Positions 24,801-37,450 of a stretch of DNA of 64,000 nucleotides are shown here, piece after piece. Origin of the DNA: the human T2T-CHM13v2.0 reference genome, Homo sapiens. The notes beneath the pieces were generated by a model. That model worked only from the letters and a program-made list of their open reading frames with translations, did no database searches and was not told where the DNA came from. Made by a program: the position numbers and the translations under genes. Numbering within the stretch: position 1 is the first letter of the stretch; every line of letters begins with the position of its first letter. The stretch lies in the NCBI RefSeq assembly GCF_009914755.1, contig NC_060932.1; one strand, written 5' to 3'.

Positions 24801-27800
24801 TGAAATAACGAAAAAAAGGAAGGAAGAAGGAAAAAGGAAATGAAGGAAGAAGGAGCCTGAGCTGGTATCCTTCCAATTCCTGGGCCAATAGTAGAAGTAT
24901 GCACTTCAAATGCTTTCCATTACTAAATCCCTTTAAAAAATGAGAGAGCCAAAAGATACTTTCAAAACTTACATTAGAGTTAAAAGTTATCTGACACTTT
25001 GAGCCAGGTTCTCCCAATCTGTCAGCTGCTGTCTGTTAGAGAAATTTTATGCCCTGAAACAGTTGGGGCACAAAATAATTCATAAATATGACTTCCAGGA
25101 ACACCTAATTTACACAATACCAATATTAAGCATCTAAACTCTTAAGCTTTAAAATACAAGATTAATCAAACCAATAGAATGAGGATTTCAAGGGAGCTGT
25201 GACTCCAGCAATTTCAAAGTTATGTCATCTAATTGTATAACATCTTCACCTTTTCCCAAACATTTATTTCTCAGATTAAATGGAAGTATATAAATTGGTA
25301 TGTGGGATTTGGAAAAACAATTTGTGGTTCACCCAAATATAAATGGTAACACTATAAGCTATTATTAAAAAAATTTAAAGGGGGGAGCAAAGAATATAGT
25401 CACAAGAATTAGAAATGAATAGCAGAATAATTACAAGTTTATGTCATGCATTCTGTCATTTCTGATAATACACGGATAAGACTTCCCATAGGAAAAATTC
25501 TATAAGAACATTTGCTCACAATTTTAGTCCTAAATTTAGTAAGGGAGTGTCTTCGCTGGCCTTATAAAGTAAGAGGGAAACAGCTCTACCCTTCAAATAA
25601 AGATCATGGTGATTAAACACTTAAAAAGCGAAGAAGTTGGGTAGCTTTAGGTTGACCAATTTAGGCAGTCTTTGATGATTTATTTTTTATCCTTGAATAC
25701 GAATACAAATGTTAAAAAAGACAAAAATTTTGAATGTCTTAGTATGCAGATTTACTGTGACGTCTCAAAATTTTTAATACTATTGGACCTTTTTTTGATA
25801 TATTATAAAACATATCTTTTAACATGATATTTATTGCTGGAAATTAAATTTTAAGGCATTCCAGAAATACAAATATATAAGGTAAATTAATTTTAACCTA
25901 AAAATATTAAATAGAATATTTGCAAATATAATATCAGCATAGTTATTATAATATGTTTAGAAATAGACATGTACATTTCTATACCTATCAAATGCTTAAT
26001 AAAAGATGACTCCTCAAGACAATTTGCAAACTGTGGTTTCATCTAGATATATGTTGGTGTAAATCAGGAACTTTCAGTTCACTGTTATTCTAAACAAGCA
26101 AGCCATAATCTTTGCTAGTTCTGTTTCGGTGAGGCCGTCATAAATCTACCACACTGTACTGTCTTCTCAGAATGCAGTCGAAGATTCAAATATTTGAAAG
26201 TATAGAGAACTATACATACAGAAAGTCTATCTTCCAAGTCAGTAATCTCAATCACCTGTGGGGCATATTTCATTTTAACAAAATCTTAATAGAAATGCCC
26301 TCATCATGTGTAAAAGCTAACCCTTTATTGTTATACTTTATTGAAAAAGACCTTTTCTGTTACCCTAGACAAATGAAATAGGAATGGACACTCTTTTCAA
26401 TGTATACACATATGTCGCTTGCATACAATACCTACTAAATTAGCCAGGATGGACTTTAGTGAACTAAATGTAAACCTTGATTCAAATGGCATAAAACATT
26501 TTTCTCGATTTGCCACTGCTGATATTTAATTTGCTTTGATCTAAACCTGCTAACATTATCCAAGTGGATGGAACAACTAAGATTCATTATTACGGGTTTA
26601 CTTTTAATACTGAAGGTGTCTGTTAAAAGGAAAGTAAAATAAATGAATAAAAATACTTAATTTTCAGTCTTCAACCTTAAAATGCTATATTGAAACCAGA
26701 AAAAAAATTAACCTGTTCCTTTCTTGGAATTATACTTTATAGTTTTGTATTTATTGAACGCATTCATAGGCTCCCTTAGGATGTGAAATGTATGGAAATA
26801 TATGTGCATTACTAAAGAAAGAACTAAATTTATTCTTTCCCCACATCATGCTCTTCTTTGCAGTAGAGGTTTTTAATTCAATACAGAGCTAGAATGAGAT
26901 GGAGCCAATTTCCTGGTCTATATGTGTGACAAATGCTGAAAGTGGCACAAGATTAACAAATTAGTTGAAGTATAGATCTTAAAAGATTTTTTTTCTGTGT
27001 CTCTAAATCAAAATTCATACTTTATTTGAAATGAAGCCTTCTTTATAATTCAATAATGAATAAGGATATTTTATTTCTTTGTATTTAAGATGAAAAATGA
27101 AATATATGACAACATCATAGCAATTTTTTAAAGCAAATGTTTTATTTGTAGGAGAGCTTATAAAATTATATATCTGGAATATGAAATTAGTATAATTAGT
27201 ATCTGAGGTTAATAACTGCAACGTATAGTTTGCTAAATCTGTAAATTATTTTCAAAATAGATAGTTATTCTCAAAATAAAAGCAGAAAATGAAAAGCAGA
27301 GGTACCATTTATTTAAATCTGTATATTTATGGTTAAAATATGTTTAAAAGGAAAGGTCCTAGATAAATGTACTTGCTTTTCTAATAACATTTGTTAGCTT
27401 GGTTCCAAGTAAACACTATCAGGCTTGGCTGTTTTACCTAACCTCAGAATCGTGTACTTGATATAATCCAGATATCTAACACCAAACAATAAAAACATCT
27501 GCGACAATAAAAGCATGTAACAGTTGTGGAATTGTTTAATTTGGGAGAAAATGGCTATGTTTAATAATCACATGTACATGAATTGATTTCTCCTCTTTGT
27601 CAAGAAACTTTTACATTTTGCAAATGATTTTTTTAAAGGAATCAACTTATGATGTGAAAAGCTTTATAAAAGATATTCTGAAATACATGTTTTGGAATTG
27701 GCTCACTCATTCCACTTTAGAACCTTCTCATGGTCCACCTGTTTTACTTGGGCTTAAATTATATAAAAATAACAGCATTTTAAAGCAAGCACAATCTTAC

Positions 27801-30800
27801 TTGTTGTACCCAAACATGATAACACGCTTAAAATTCAAGAAGAGCTCTATGCAGGTTGTATTTCTCAGTCGCCCAATCTCCTTTCACATATCTGTTCATG
27901 TTGACAGACTATGTCATAATACATCAACAGAAAGATCAGCACAGAAGAACAAAATTTCATCACCTGACAGCAAGAGGAAAACTGATTTTCAGTATTAAGT
28001 TTGTAAAAATATACCATTAACTCACTTCCAATAAGTCTAGTAGCTTTAAAAAATAGGGCATCTGCTATAATCACAAATATATGCAAAGGCAATTAGGTTT
28101 ATGTCTTTGGTGTCACCCTTTGACTGACAGCCTATTTTCATTTGCACTTTTATATGATTTTTAACTCTATTTTGGAAGCAACTCAGATAATTTTTAAAAA
28201 CTAATTTCTTAATGAGACATGTAGTTCTATGCATGTAAAAATATATCTACCAAATGTTTTAAAGACAGTCTTTCCTTATTAATCATGAGCAGAAAGCTAC
28301 TGACCATTGAAATAGAAATGGGTAAAGCTTCTGATAAAAGTTAGGTATCTTTTATATACAATATCTTGCTCTGTGTATGGCTTTCAGTAGAAATTTAACA
28401 ATACCTGTAATAAGTAATGTCTTTTGCAGCCTAGGACATCATCTGCCACTTAGGCTTTAATTTTGCCCCTGTTTGAACACCCTACAACATATGCACTTCT
28501 CTTTTGTCTATTATCCTAGAGTTGTGCTATTCCCAAATATTGACATCATCTACTTTTATCAGCATTAACTGCTCTGCAGCTTCCCAGGCTCATGCTCAGC
28601 TCTATTTCTTCCTATTGATTATCTTCCTCACTCCAGCAGGTAGCTAGCCAGCGAGGCTGTCCTGAGAAATAGCTTCCAATGACTTTATACGCACAATTTA
28701 CACGGAATTGTTTAAAGAAGATATTAGCCTCAATACAAATCAGTGAACCTCATTTAGTCAATACTGCACAATTCCGCTGTTGGCACCCTGTCACATGTTC
28801 GTCTTCATAGTCAGCTGCCGTACCCAATCTGCACATTAGCCATAGTATTTAGTTTCATATTAAAATGAAGCCAGGTTTTTTCACTTTTGCTTTTCTTTTT
28901 GAAATCTTTTCAGTATACTTTTTACATCACCTCACTGAGCCATGTGATAGTAATATATTTTGAAATATAAAAACCTGAGATTAAATGTTTGATTTTTGAC
29001 AGTGTTCTTAAATATAATAAATTCAAAAGGAAATACTGTTAAGTTAAAATGGAGTGTTTTTCATTAAGTCCAATCAAATGGTAGACAACAAAGGATCTTT
29101 TATTTGAGAATATGAAGTGAAAATGAAAACCAGAAAACCTTTACTAAGAAAAGGTCCAGCTAAATTATGTTGGAAGGAGGTCTCCAGATTGAGCCTGGGT
29201 GTTTCTTTTGCTAAAAGTGAATTAAACTAAGATATGCTCTAAAGAAATATCTTACAAAGAAACAAAACTTATGCTTTTTGGAGATGAAAATAAGGTCTAA
29301 GAACAGTTGACTTTGAAAATAATTCTAAAGAAAGATCACATATGAAAAAAATTGCCACAGTATCAGATCTTTTCTTATAATCATAACAGGGAAATGTTTA
29401 GAGTAAAGTAATGCTAGTCCCTTCTTTCTCTCCTATGGCAATGCTGTAAAATCCTAGAAAGAGTGTTTATATTTCAGAATTGCTCCTCCTTAAACTACTG
29501 GTTTATGATAGTTAATGAAATGATATCCAAATGTTGAAAAAGGAAAAATTCAAATGAAAATCTAAATGTGAACTATGAGGAATAACTAAGCAACATCATG
29601 CTACTCTGAATGTTTGTGCATCTATTGCAAAATGAACTGCAATACATTAAAATTCTTCAGTGGTAGTGTAATATATAAGTGGAGGTTTACATATAAAAGC
29701 TTTAGCTATCAAGAAAAGGATCATTATAAAATATTATCCTAAACGTTTACTTGAAAATATCATTAACATCTTAGAATACATTCTGAAGGTTGTCATTACA
29801 CCTATTTGCATATTTTTGTAAACCGAAATAGGTAAGAATAAAGCACACCAATCAAAATAGTCTATTTGTTATAAAATTCATCCTCTAGCTTTAGTGGCTG
29901 AAAGGCAGAAAGATTTGGGGAACATGAGCAGCAGAAAAAATAATAATTCTAGTTTTAGAGATTTTTAAGGTCTGTATATGTCACATTTTAACTAAAAAGC
30001 AACAATTGAACAAAATGACGATTTTAATAAAAAGTGATAGTAATAGCAGCATTTTGAAAGTTAACATTCAGTAAAAATTATGTAATAAATAATTGTAAAT
30101 ATCTCAAGATTTTCTTTCTTTTACTACAAGATGCTAACAGTGATTTTTGTTTGACCTTTGCTTTATTTTCTTTTCTCTTTAAATAGCTTTAGTTAAGCCC
30201 AGGTAGAAAAGACATGCTAAAAGATAGGCAGACTGTCCTGACCACACATCTTCTCACACATTTATTGCAAACTGACACTCATACAACAGTGCTTTTACTT
30301 TTTTTAATCACAAAGATTCAACAAAGAACAATTCAGTTACCAAGGGAGAAATCACACTCCAGGAAAAAGAGAAATGTTGTAACTGCATATTCAAACTGCA
30401 TAAATGCAGGTATGGCAAAGATAATTGTAATATTTGTGTGATAGCATTCAAAATAAGTCAATGACCTAAATATGAAAGGGTTTAGGTATAGTTATGTATA
30501 TGCATTCATGTATAGAAATATTACATGTAATGCACAAATATAAATTCTAGCCCAAGCTACAATGCACAAACATTATTAGGCTTTTTCAATTTCAAATATA
30601 TTTTGATTAACATGTATTTATATATTAAGTGTATTTCTACCAACTATGCTAGTCCATTTATCATGTAATATTCTTATATTAAATAAAGTTGCTTGCTTTA
30701 TATATTGACAAACATAAGAATGTTCTCAGTAACGAAAATGTAAGCACAAACAATGGACATAAGATAGGTATTTAAAACGACTAACAGCAAAATAGTTAAA

Positions 30801-31379
30801 GATTTCAGAGAAATAAAAATGTTAATATTTTCTCCAAAACAGTTTCCAAATTAACAATAATGCTTTAAGTGTAAGTCAATGTTGGTTTCAATTTTTGTCA
30901 AAACATGAAAATCTCAAATAATAACATTCCATGATAACTTTTAAAAGAAGCTAATTTTCTTTAAATATTTTGTTTTAATTAAATTTCTAAAAGAGAAAAT
31001 TATTTTTATTTTCTCGGTCCATTAAGACCTATCTGTAGAAGAAAACATGATGCTAAACCTAAAATTGTTATAAATTTTATAAATTTTCATATTTATGATG
31101 CATATTAAAGATTAATATTAAAGATCTATAGTGACCACCTGCATAGACTACCAAGATGATGCCAAAAAAAAAAATGTATATCATTTCACTGCATTAGTTT
31201 TACTAGCAAAATATCCTGGACAGATTCCAGAAATTTCAAATAAATATCTTTTTCATAAATATTTTGATGTGTATGATCTAGTCATAAAGAATATTTTACC
31301 GCCAAAAATTTAAAAGCAATATTGAATTCTATGAGATTGTCCTTTCTAGAAGTGTAAACTTAATGTATGCAAAGTAAAT

Positions 31380-31412
<33 letters not shown>
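31380..31412. repeat. (CA)n microsatellite
   Basis: Direct reading. Confidence 0.9.
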
Positions 31413-34400
31413 GAGAGACATTTTGTCAGGAGACATTCTGTTTTTATTGTTAAAGTGAACTGAAAATGAACACATTAAGATGATTATTGCATTGTTATTT
31501 ATGTAATTATGTAGCTTAAAAATACATAAACATTTCAGTTAGCCCTAATTTTACATATTTAATAATATAAGTATTGTTATTATTAATTTTTATAAGGTGA
31601 AAATATTTTAAAATATCAGCTAACATTTCTATTCAAATTCTAAGTGTTATTTAACTAAAAATATACAATGAAACTAGATAGCTAATTGGGTTTATTTCAC
31701 AATATAATTTGATTCTTCTATATACAAAAATATGTATAATAAAGTACAATATTAAAGAAATTAATTTTAGCCTTTTTATAGAGTACTTTTAGACATCTAT
31801 TACCATCTGTAGAAAACACAGATATATCGTACATGCATATATATGTCTATGTGTATATGTATGCTGTTTATGTATTTTGCACAGAAGAGAAAAACATTGT
31901 CATAACCTAGAATAAATAATAAAGATGTGTGTGTATGTCTGTGTGTGCATATGTGTGTGTTTGTGTGTGGGGGGGCGGTTTATAGAGAGATGGAGAAAAA
32001 AATTGGTACCTTACAGAAAAGTTAAAGGTAGGATATTCACATGTCTGAAAGTTAATCTAAGGTTATTATGTTATATAAACATTATTAATGACTTATCTCT
32101 CTTTCTCTTAGTGTTTGGGGGGGTGTGTGTGTGTGCGCACACTAACAAGAAAGTGGATATTTGAGATGAGGGGAAAAGATAACTGTATGGAGACCTAAAA
32201 TAAGGCACTTTGGTTAAAATTACTAAACTAAAACTTAAATCTATTGGGGTTTACTTTCCCAAAATATGAAATAATGAACCTATAAAATGGGCATTAGAAT
32301 TACAATATATTTTGAAGATTTTCTATTGAAAACTTTCCCCATGTAAATGTTCTTATCAATACTGTCATATAGTACTATAAAATATTCTTAAGGCATGTAT
32401 GACAATATCATGAAATAAACCCAAAAGTTTCATCTTGTATCACAAAGATGAAGAGTCTTAGTAAAGACAAAGTTCCTTATCATTTGATTCTGCTATAACT
32501 GTTTCAAACCTCCTACTGTAATGCTTTTTACGTATATCTATTTGTTGGTCTTCCAAATTTGTCCTTTTTTCAATATTCTAGGGCTGAAAAAAATATGACA
32601 CTACATGTCAAGAATTTACACAGCTACCTAAGAGTTAATATTTTGGCCTTCTTTAAGACTATGCATTTAGTTAGAGCCTCAGTAATTCCAGTGTTACAGC
32701 ACTCAAGTGATGGTATTAAATGCTTTCCACAGAAAAAGGACACCTTATTAGTAAGTGGGCATCATTTACTATGACCTGACTACTTAGATTTCTGAAGCGT
32801 GAACACACACGCACATATTTGTATAAAAACCACCTTATTTAAACTATTTACCCCTGTGAGGGTAGCAATATTTCTGGTTGTCATGAAGTTGACAAAAGAC
32901 GGTACACAAAAAGTTGTATGTAATTTTCAAGTAGACATATTCATTTCCTAATTCCCAGACAATTAACAGGGATAAAACTATACCCTAAGACTCCTCCCTT
33001 CTAATGCTAAACTAATGATACAACGGAATCAAAATATATTAGGAGTGGGGGAGGGGAGATTGAGAGCCAAATACCTTTTTCTAGGAACCACAAAGGGTTG
33101 AGGGCCTAATTATTTCTCAGTATAATCCAACCAACCTCTTCTCATGCCTAGCTGCACTGAGTGACACTATTTGTGATGCCCAGTGTGCTGAAGCTGAGCA
33201 GGTTGCTGTCAGTTTAAAAATGACTATAATAAAAGTGACCATGAAGATGGATCTTGTGATTTTGCGTTTCTAATCAGTCATCTGTGAAGAACACTTTTGC
33301 TTTGATTCAGCAGACTGGTGACAGCCATGATTGATAGTGCACGAGGATGAAAAAAGGTTATTAACTGTCTTCCTATTAAGCTCAATGTATTACCCCTCTA
33401 GGTGCATCTCATACTTTAAGTTAAAGTACTTACTCAGGTAAGGTCAAGAATGAACTCTATGGAGATGGTATCCATCCTGTTGAAAATGAGTGAGGCATCC
33501 TTGCATTGATTTTTTTTAATGTAGTATTTAAACTATGTTTAATTCTACTATCTTATTCATCAGCTAAAGGAGAGAAATTTCCTCCTTCTAACAGCATCCA
33601 TATGGAAAGTACTAAAAGTGTAAAAAATAGCTTTAAATGTAAAGATTTGAATGTAAAGCTAACTAGCAACATGTGTGTGGCATATACATGAATCTATATT
33701 TAAACAGATGGTCATATATTATACAACCTATGAAGGTATTTTTAATGGTAGACACTAAAATTGATTTATAATTAAAAAATAAATATTTGTGTTATAAATG
33801 CAAAAAAATTGTTTCAATTTTCAATCACCCATAAATGGCAAGTTCATGATAAAGAAAAACTTAAGAAAAATTCAAAGGATTTCTTAAAATACCTAGGCAT
33901 TTGTTTTGGTTTAAATTCTTTAATATATTAACTTCATCTCATTTTAATTTTTTAAAATTAGAAATATTAACATAGAAATGAACACTTGAGTGACAGTATC
34001 CTTAAATAACATACTATATACACACACGCACACGAATAGTATTATAGATCCCGAAGTACTGAAAGTTTTCCAGTAACTGAGGACATGCCATTAAAAGAAA
34101 TAGTAAAATATTAAATGTCACCATATTTCCTGTGCTCATTTATTATTACAAAAGCCAAAGTATACTGAAATATTTTTGAACATTTTATTAAACTTATCTT
34201 TAAAAATATTTTAAATTTACAAATGTAGTTTCAGGAGATAACAAATTAAATATACGCATTTTAGTTTTAAATTACAGTATTATGTTTCTTCATATGTTTT
34301 CCACTGTAAACGCTCAGCACATGTTAAATGTAATGTGAATTAGCCAAAAATATTTAAGGATATCAATACCTTGGCATTGAGGTAGCCATTTAAGCAATAA

Positions 34401-35531
34401 CCAAATATCAGCTCTGTGTGCTTGGCGGTTCTTCATTAAGCAACTCTGCACAGTAGCGCAGAATAAGAAAATATTACCAGTATGACATTAGAGTTTCAAT
34501 GCAGGAAAAATCATATTATGTCCAAAAGTTTTTTCTAGGATATCATGACCTGTTTCTCTAGTGCCAGTAATTATGCCCATTTTGGTTCTATAATAAATTA
34601 TATTTTGAAAATATACTGTTTTAATATTGGGATCTATCAACAATGAAACACAGAGAAAGTAAGGAAATGAAGTTCAAGATTTCATCGAATTTTTCTTTAT
34701 AGCCTCAAACATTGGCTCTCCATCCTACTCTGCTTAATATTGCAATTGCTGCTTTTAAAAGCCTTTCTAGTTCTCTAACATTTTATGGATGCCAAGTATA
34801 ATTTAAATACTTACACATTGAAAGCCTCTTCATAAAAATGTTAGATCAATATAAAAATTGTTTATTTAGTGAATCGTGTTTATGTGGAGTGGATTTAAGT
34901 GTAGATTTTGTAATTCATACAAGATTTCCTCAATAAGACACATTACCTTTGTTATTAAATAAATTTTCCTTTCTGTCCTATACAACTTCAACAGGCAAAC
35001 TTGCATTCCAAAATTTAGAAATCATGATGAGATAAGTGACCTAGGGGGGACGTTTGGTCAATGATAGCATTCTATATTCTTGTACAAATATTTGTCAAAG
35101 GTTTCACAATGAAATTGTAAGTTAAGAAATATGTTGGGTGTTTCTCAAAAATATTGTTTGCTTTTAAAATAAAAAAGAACAATGCAATTCCAATCTATCT
35201 CATGGTAATTTACACAATGCTCTGAAATGTTAGTGAAATGCCCATCTTCCTTCATCTGCCTAATTCAACATTTCTTAAGGAAAATGAGGAAATACAAAGG
35301 CCAGGTAGGCCTTAGAGGAATACACACATTTCCTGGTGTCCTCTCTTTCTTCCCTTTATGGAATCAAGATCTAGAACACACATTACACGCAACACACCTT
35401 TTATGAAAGAACAAGGCAAAGACGGTTTCAGGTAAAGTTTAGGTCATCTTCAAGGAAGCCAATTACCATTACCATAGCTGAAATTAAAGTTGAGCAGACT
35501 CCAACAGTGGCAGACAAGAAAATTTTAAAAT

Positions 35532-35599
35532 GCAACATCTTCCTTTATCCTTTTGGAACTCCAGAGCAACATCTTCCTTTATCCTTTTGGAGCTCCAGA
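35532..35599. repeat. 34-bp tandem duplication
   Basis: gcaacatcttcctttatccttttgga(a/g)ctccaga twice. Confidence 0.92.
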
Positions 35600-35639
35600 A
35601 CAGAATGTTGCATTAATGTTCAAACAAATAACAGAACTG

Positions 35640-35643
<4 letters not shown>

Positions 35644-35691
<48 letters not shown>
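35644..35691. repeat. (AC)n microsatellite, ~24 units
   Basis: Direct reading. Confidence 0.95.
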
Positions 35692-35693
<2 letters not shown>

Positions 35694-35939
35694 TGTTTGT
35701 GTAAACTCATTCCATTTAGTTTTGAGCCTATTGTGACTTGTTTTCATAGACTGCTGGGGCACAAGACATCTTTAGTTTACAATTCTAAGACTTGGATTCC
35801 TTTTAGTTTAAAACTCTTTTCTGCGGTTCCTGTTCCTCCAAGCCTATATGCTTCTCTCCTCCTCCTCCTCCCCTTTCTCCTCCAGAACCTACTAGGGCAC
35901 ATAAGGTAGGGGTATGGACTGGGTGGTGCACATATGTGT

Positions 35940-37450
35940 AGCCAGAACGTGGAGACCAGCAGCTGCTGTCCACTCCCAGACTGTGTACCTGAGCGCAGTG
36001 GCCACTCTGCTCTTCCGCCCAGCCCACTCCTGCCTGCAGTGTTGCTGCTGTCACGCCAGCCGGTGATTTGATAGGCTTGTCGGGTTGCCATGGTGTTGAC
36101 TTCTTGCCTCTGAGGAGCTGCCCAATGACTGGAGGTCTGGGATTAAAGCGGGAAGAGGCAGCGGCCACAGCGAATTTCAGCGGCAGCTGCAGCAGCTAGA
36201 AACAAGAAGCAAGAGTACGAGGTCTTTAGGCTGCGTCCCCCTCCCGCAGTCAGGGCTGCCAGTGAGGGAAAGAGAAGAAAGGGTGGACGGTTGAAATGGT
36301 GATCACTCGAAGTCAGAAGATACAAGTGAGGGCTTTGAGACCCGCTCAGGAATAACTCATGAGCAATCAGCACGCGCTGAGAGGAAACGTCTTCCAGAAT
36401 TCGTTATTATTCACATTAGACATTACTGGAGTGGGTGGTGGGACTGAGAGTAAAAAGGTGTTAAAAGGGACCTAAATGGTTGATACATTTCCCCCCACAC
36501 CCTACTGTTCATTTGGGCAACGAAATAATTTCACAGATGCAAAGGCGCTGTACGGTGAACTTTATATCGTGGAAACTAACTTAACTCCGAGAAGAGAAAG
36601 TGCAATTAGACGGCAACCGAGTATAAGAAAATAGTTGCCTTGGACGGAGGCTGGCGGGGCGGGGGGAGCGGGGGCGGGGAAGTCAGAGAGTGCATGTGCA
36701 ATGCACAACCCCAGACGGAAATTGTAAACTAGGAAATGAAAGGGAAAGAAACCGCTTCTGTTATAAATTAGTAGGTAGGTGAAGGTTATGCAAAGAAGAA
36801 AAGGGAAAGTAAAGCTGTTAAAAGAATAGAATAAAACCCCTGGGAGTTCAACTCGAAATCCCCCTTTACTCCCCAATCCAAAGGGAGTAGGAGGAGGAGA
36901 AAAAAAAGTGCATTCTGGTGTGATGAGAACTCTCTGGAATGTCTGGAGGAGAGGATAGAAGTGCGAGGGTAAGAAGACCCGGGTGCTAAATAAATGGCAG
37001 GAGAGAGAAATGGGGGAGGGGCAAGGTAGGAAAGAAATAGTCCGCGATTCACCCAAGGGACTGGGAGATTCAGAGAGATTCCAGGAGAAGGAAAGGAACA
37101 TAAGTTCAGGCTCCCAGCGTAAGGAAAGGAGGAAACGACAAGAATCCCTAAGAGAAAAAGAGGAAAAAGCTGTGTGCTGCTGAGGCGGGGCGTGGGAAGA
37201 CAACCACAGTCAATTGGAAGGAGCCCGAGTCAGGGAGCAATTGCTAGGACTTCGGACAGAGAGGGCAGAAGATTGTGTAGACAGGCGGTCAACCAGAGCA
37301 GCGCGGGGCAGGACCCACGAGCGCGAAGCCAGGTGCCGCGCGGTCCGCGCCCCGGCTCCGGGCGACGCAGGGACTTTGCTGGCAATGAGAAGGCTGCTCG
37401 ACCAGCCTGCCGGAGTCACGATTCCCCGCGAGTCCCAAACACACGCTTCA
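35940..37450. promoter_or_regulatory. Upstream CpG-rich block (core island ~37180-37450) with GC-box/G-run tract at 36653-36679
   Basis: Abrupt GC/CpG enrichment; GGGGCGGGG motifs. Confidence 0.7.

Noticed and set aside
35529-35614. miRNA hairpin or MITE
   Set aside because: Only a 10-bp terminal stem, unpaired interior, no TSD.
36562-37203. Longest ORF (213 aa, minus strand)
   Set aside because: F/L/S/P-biased product of a purine-rich plus strand; no domain recognised.
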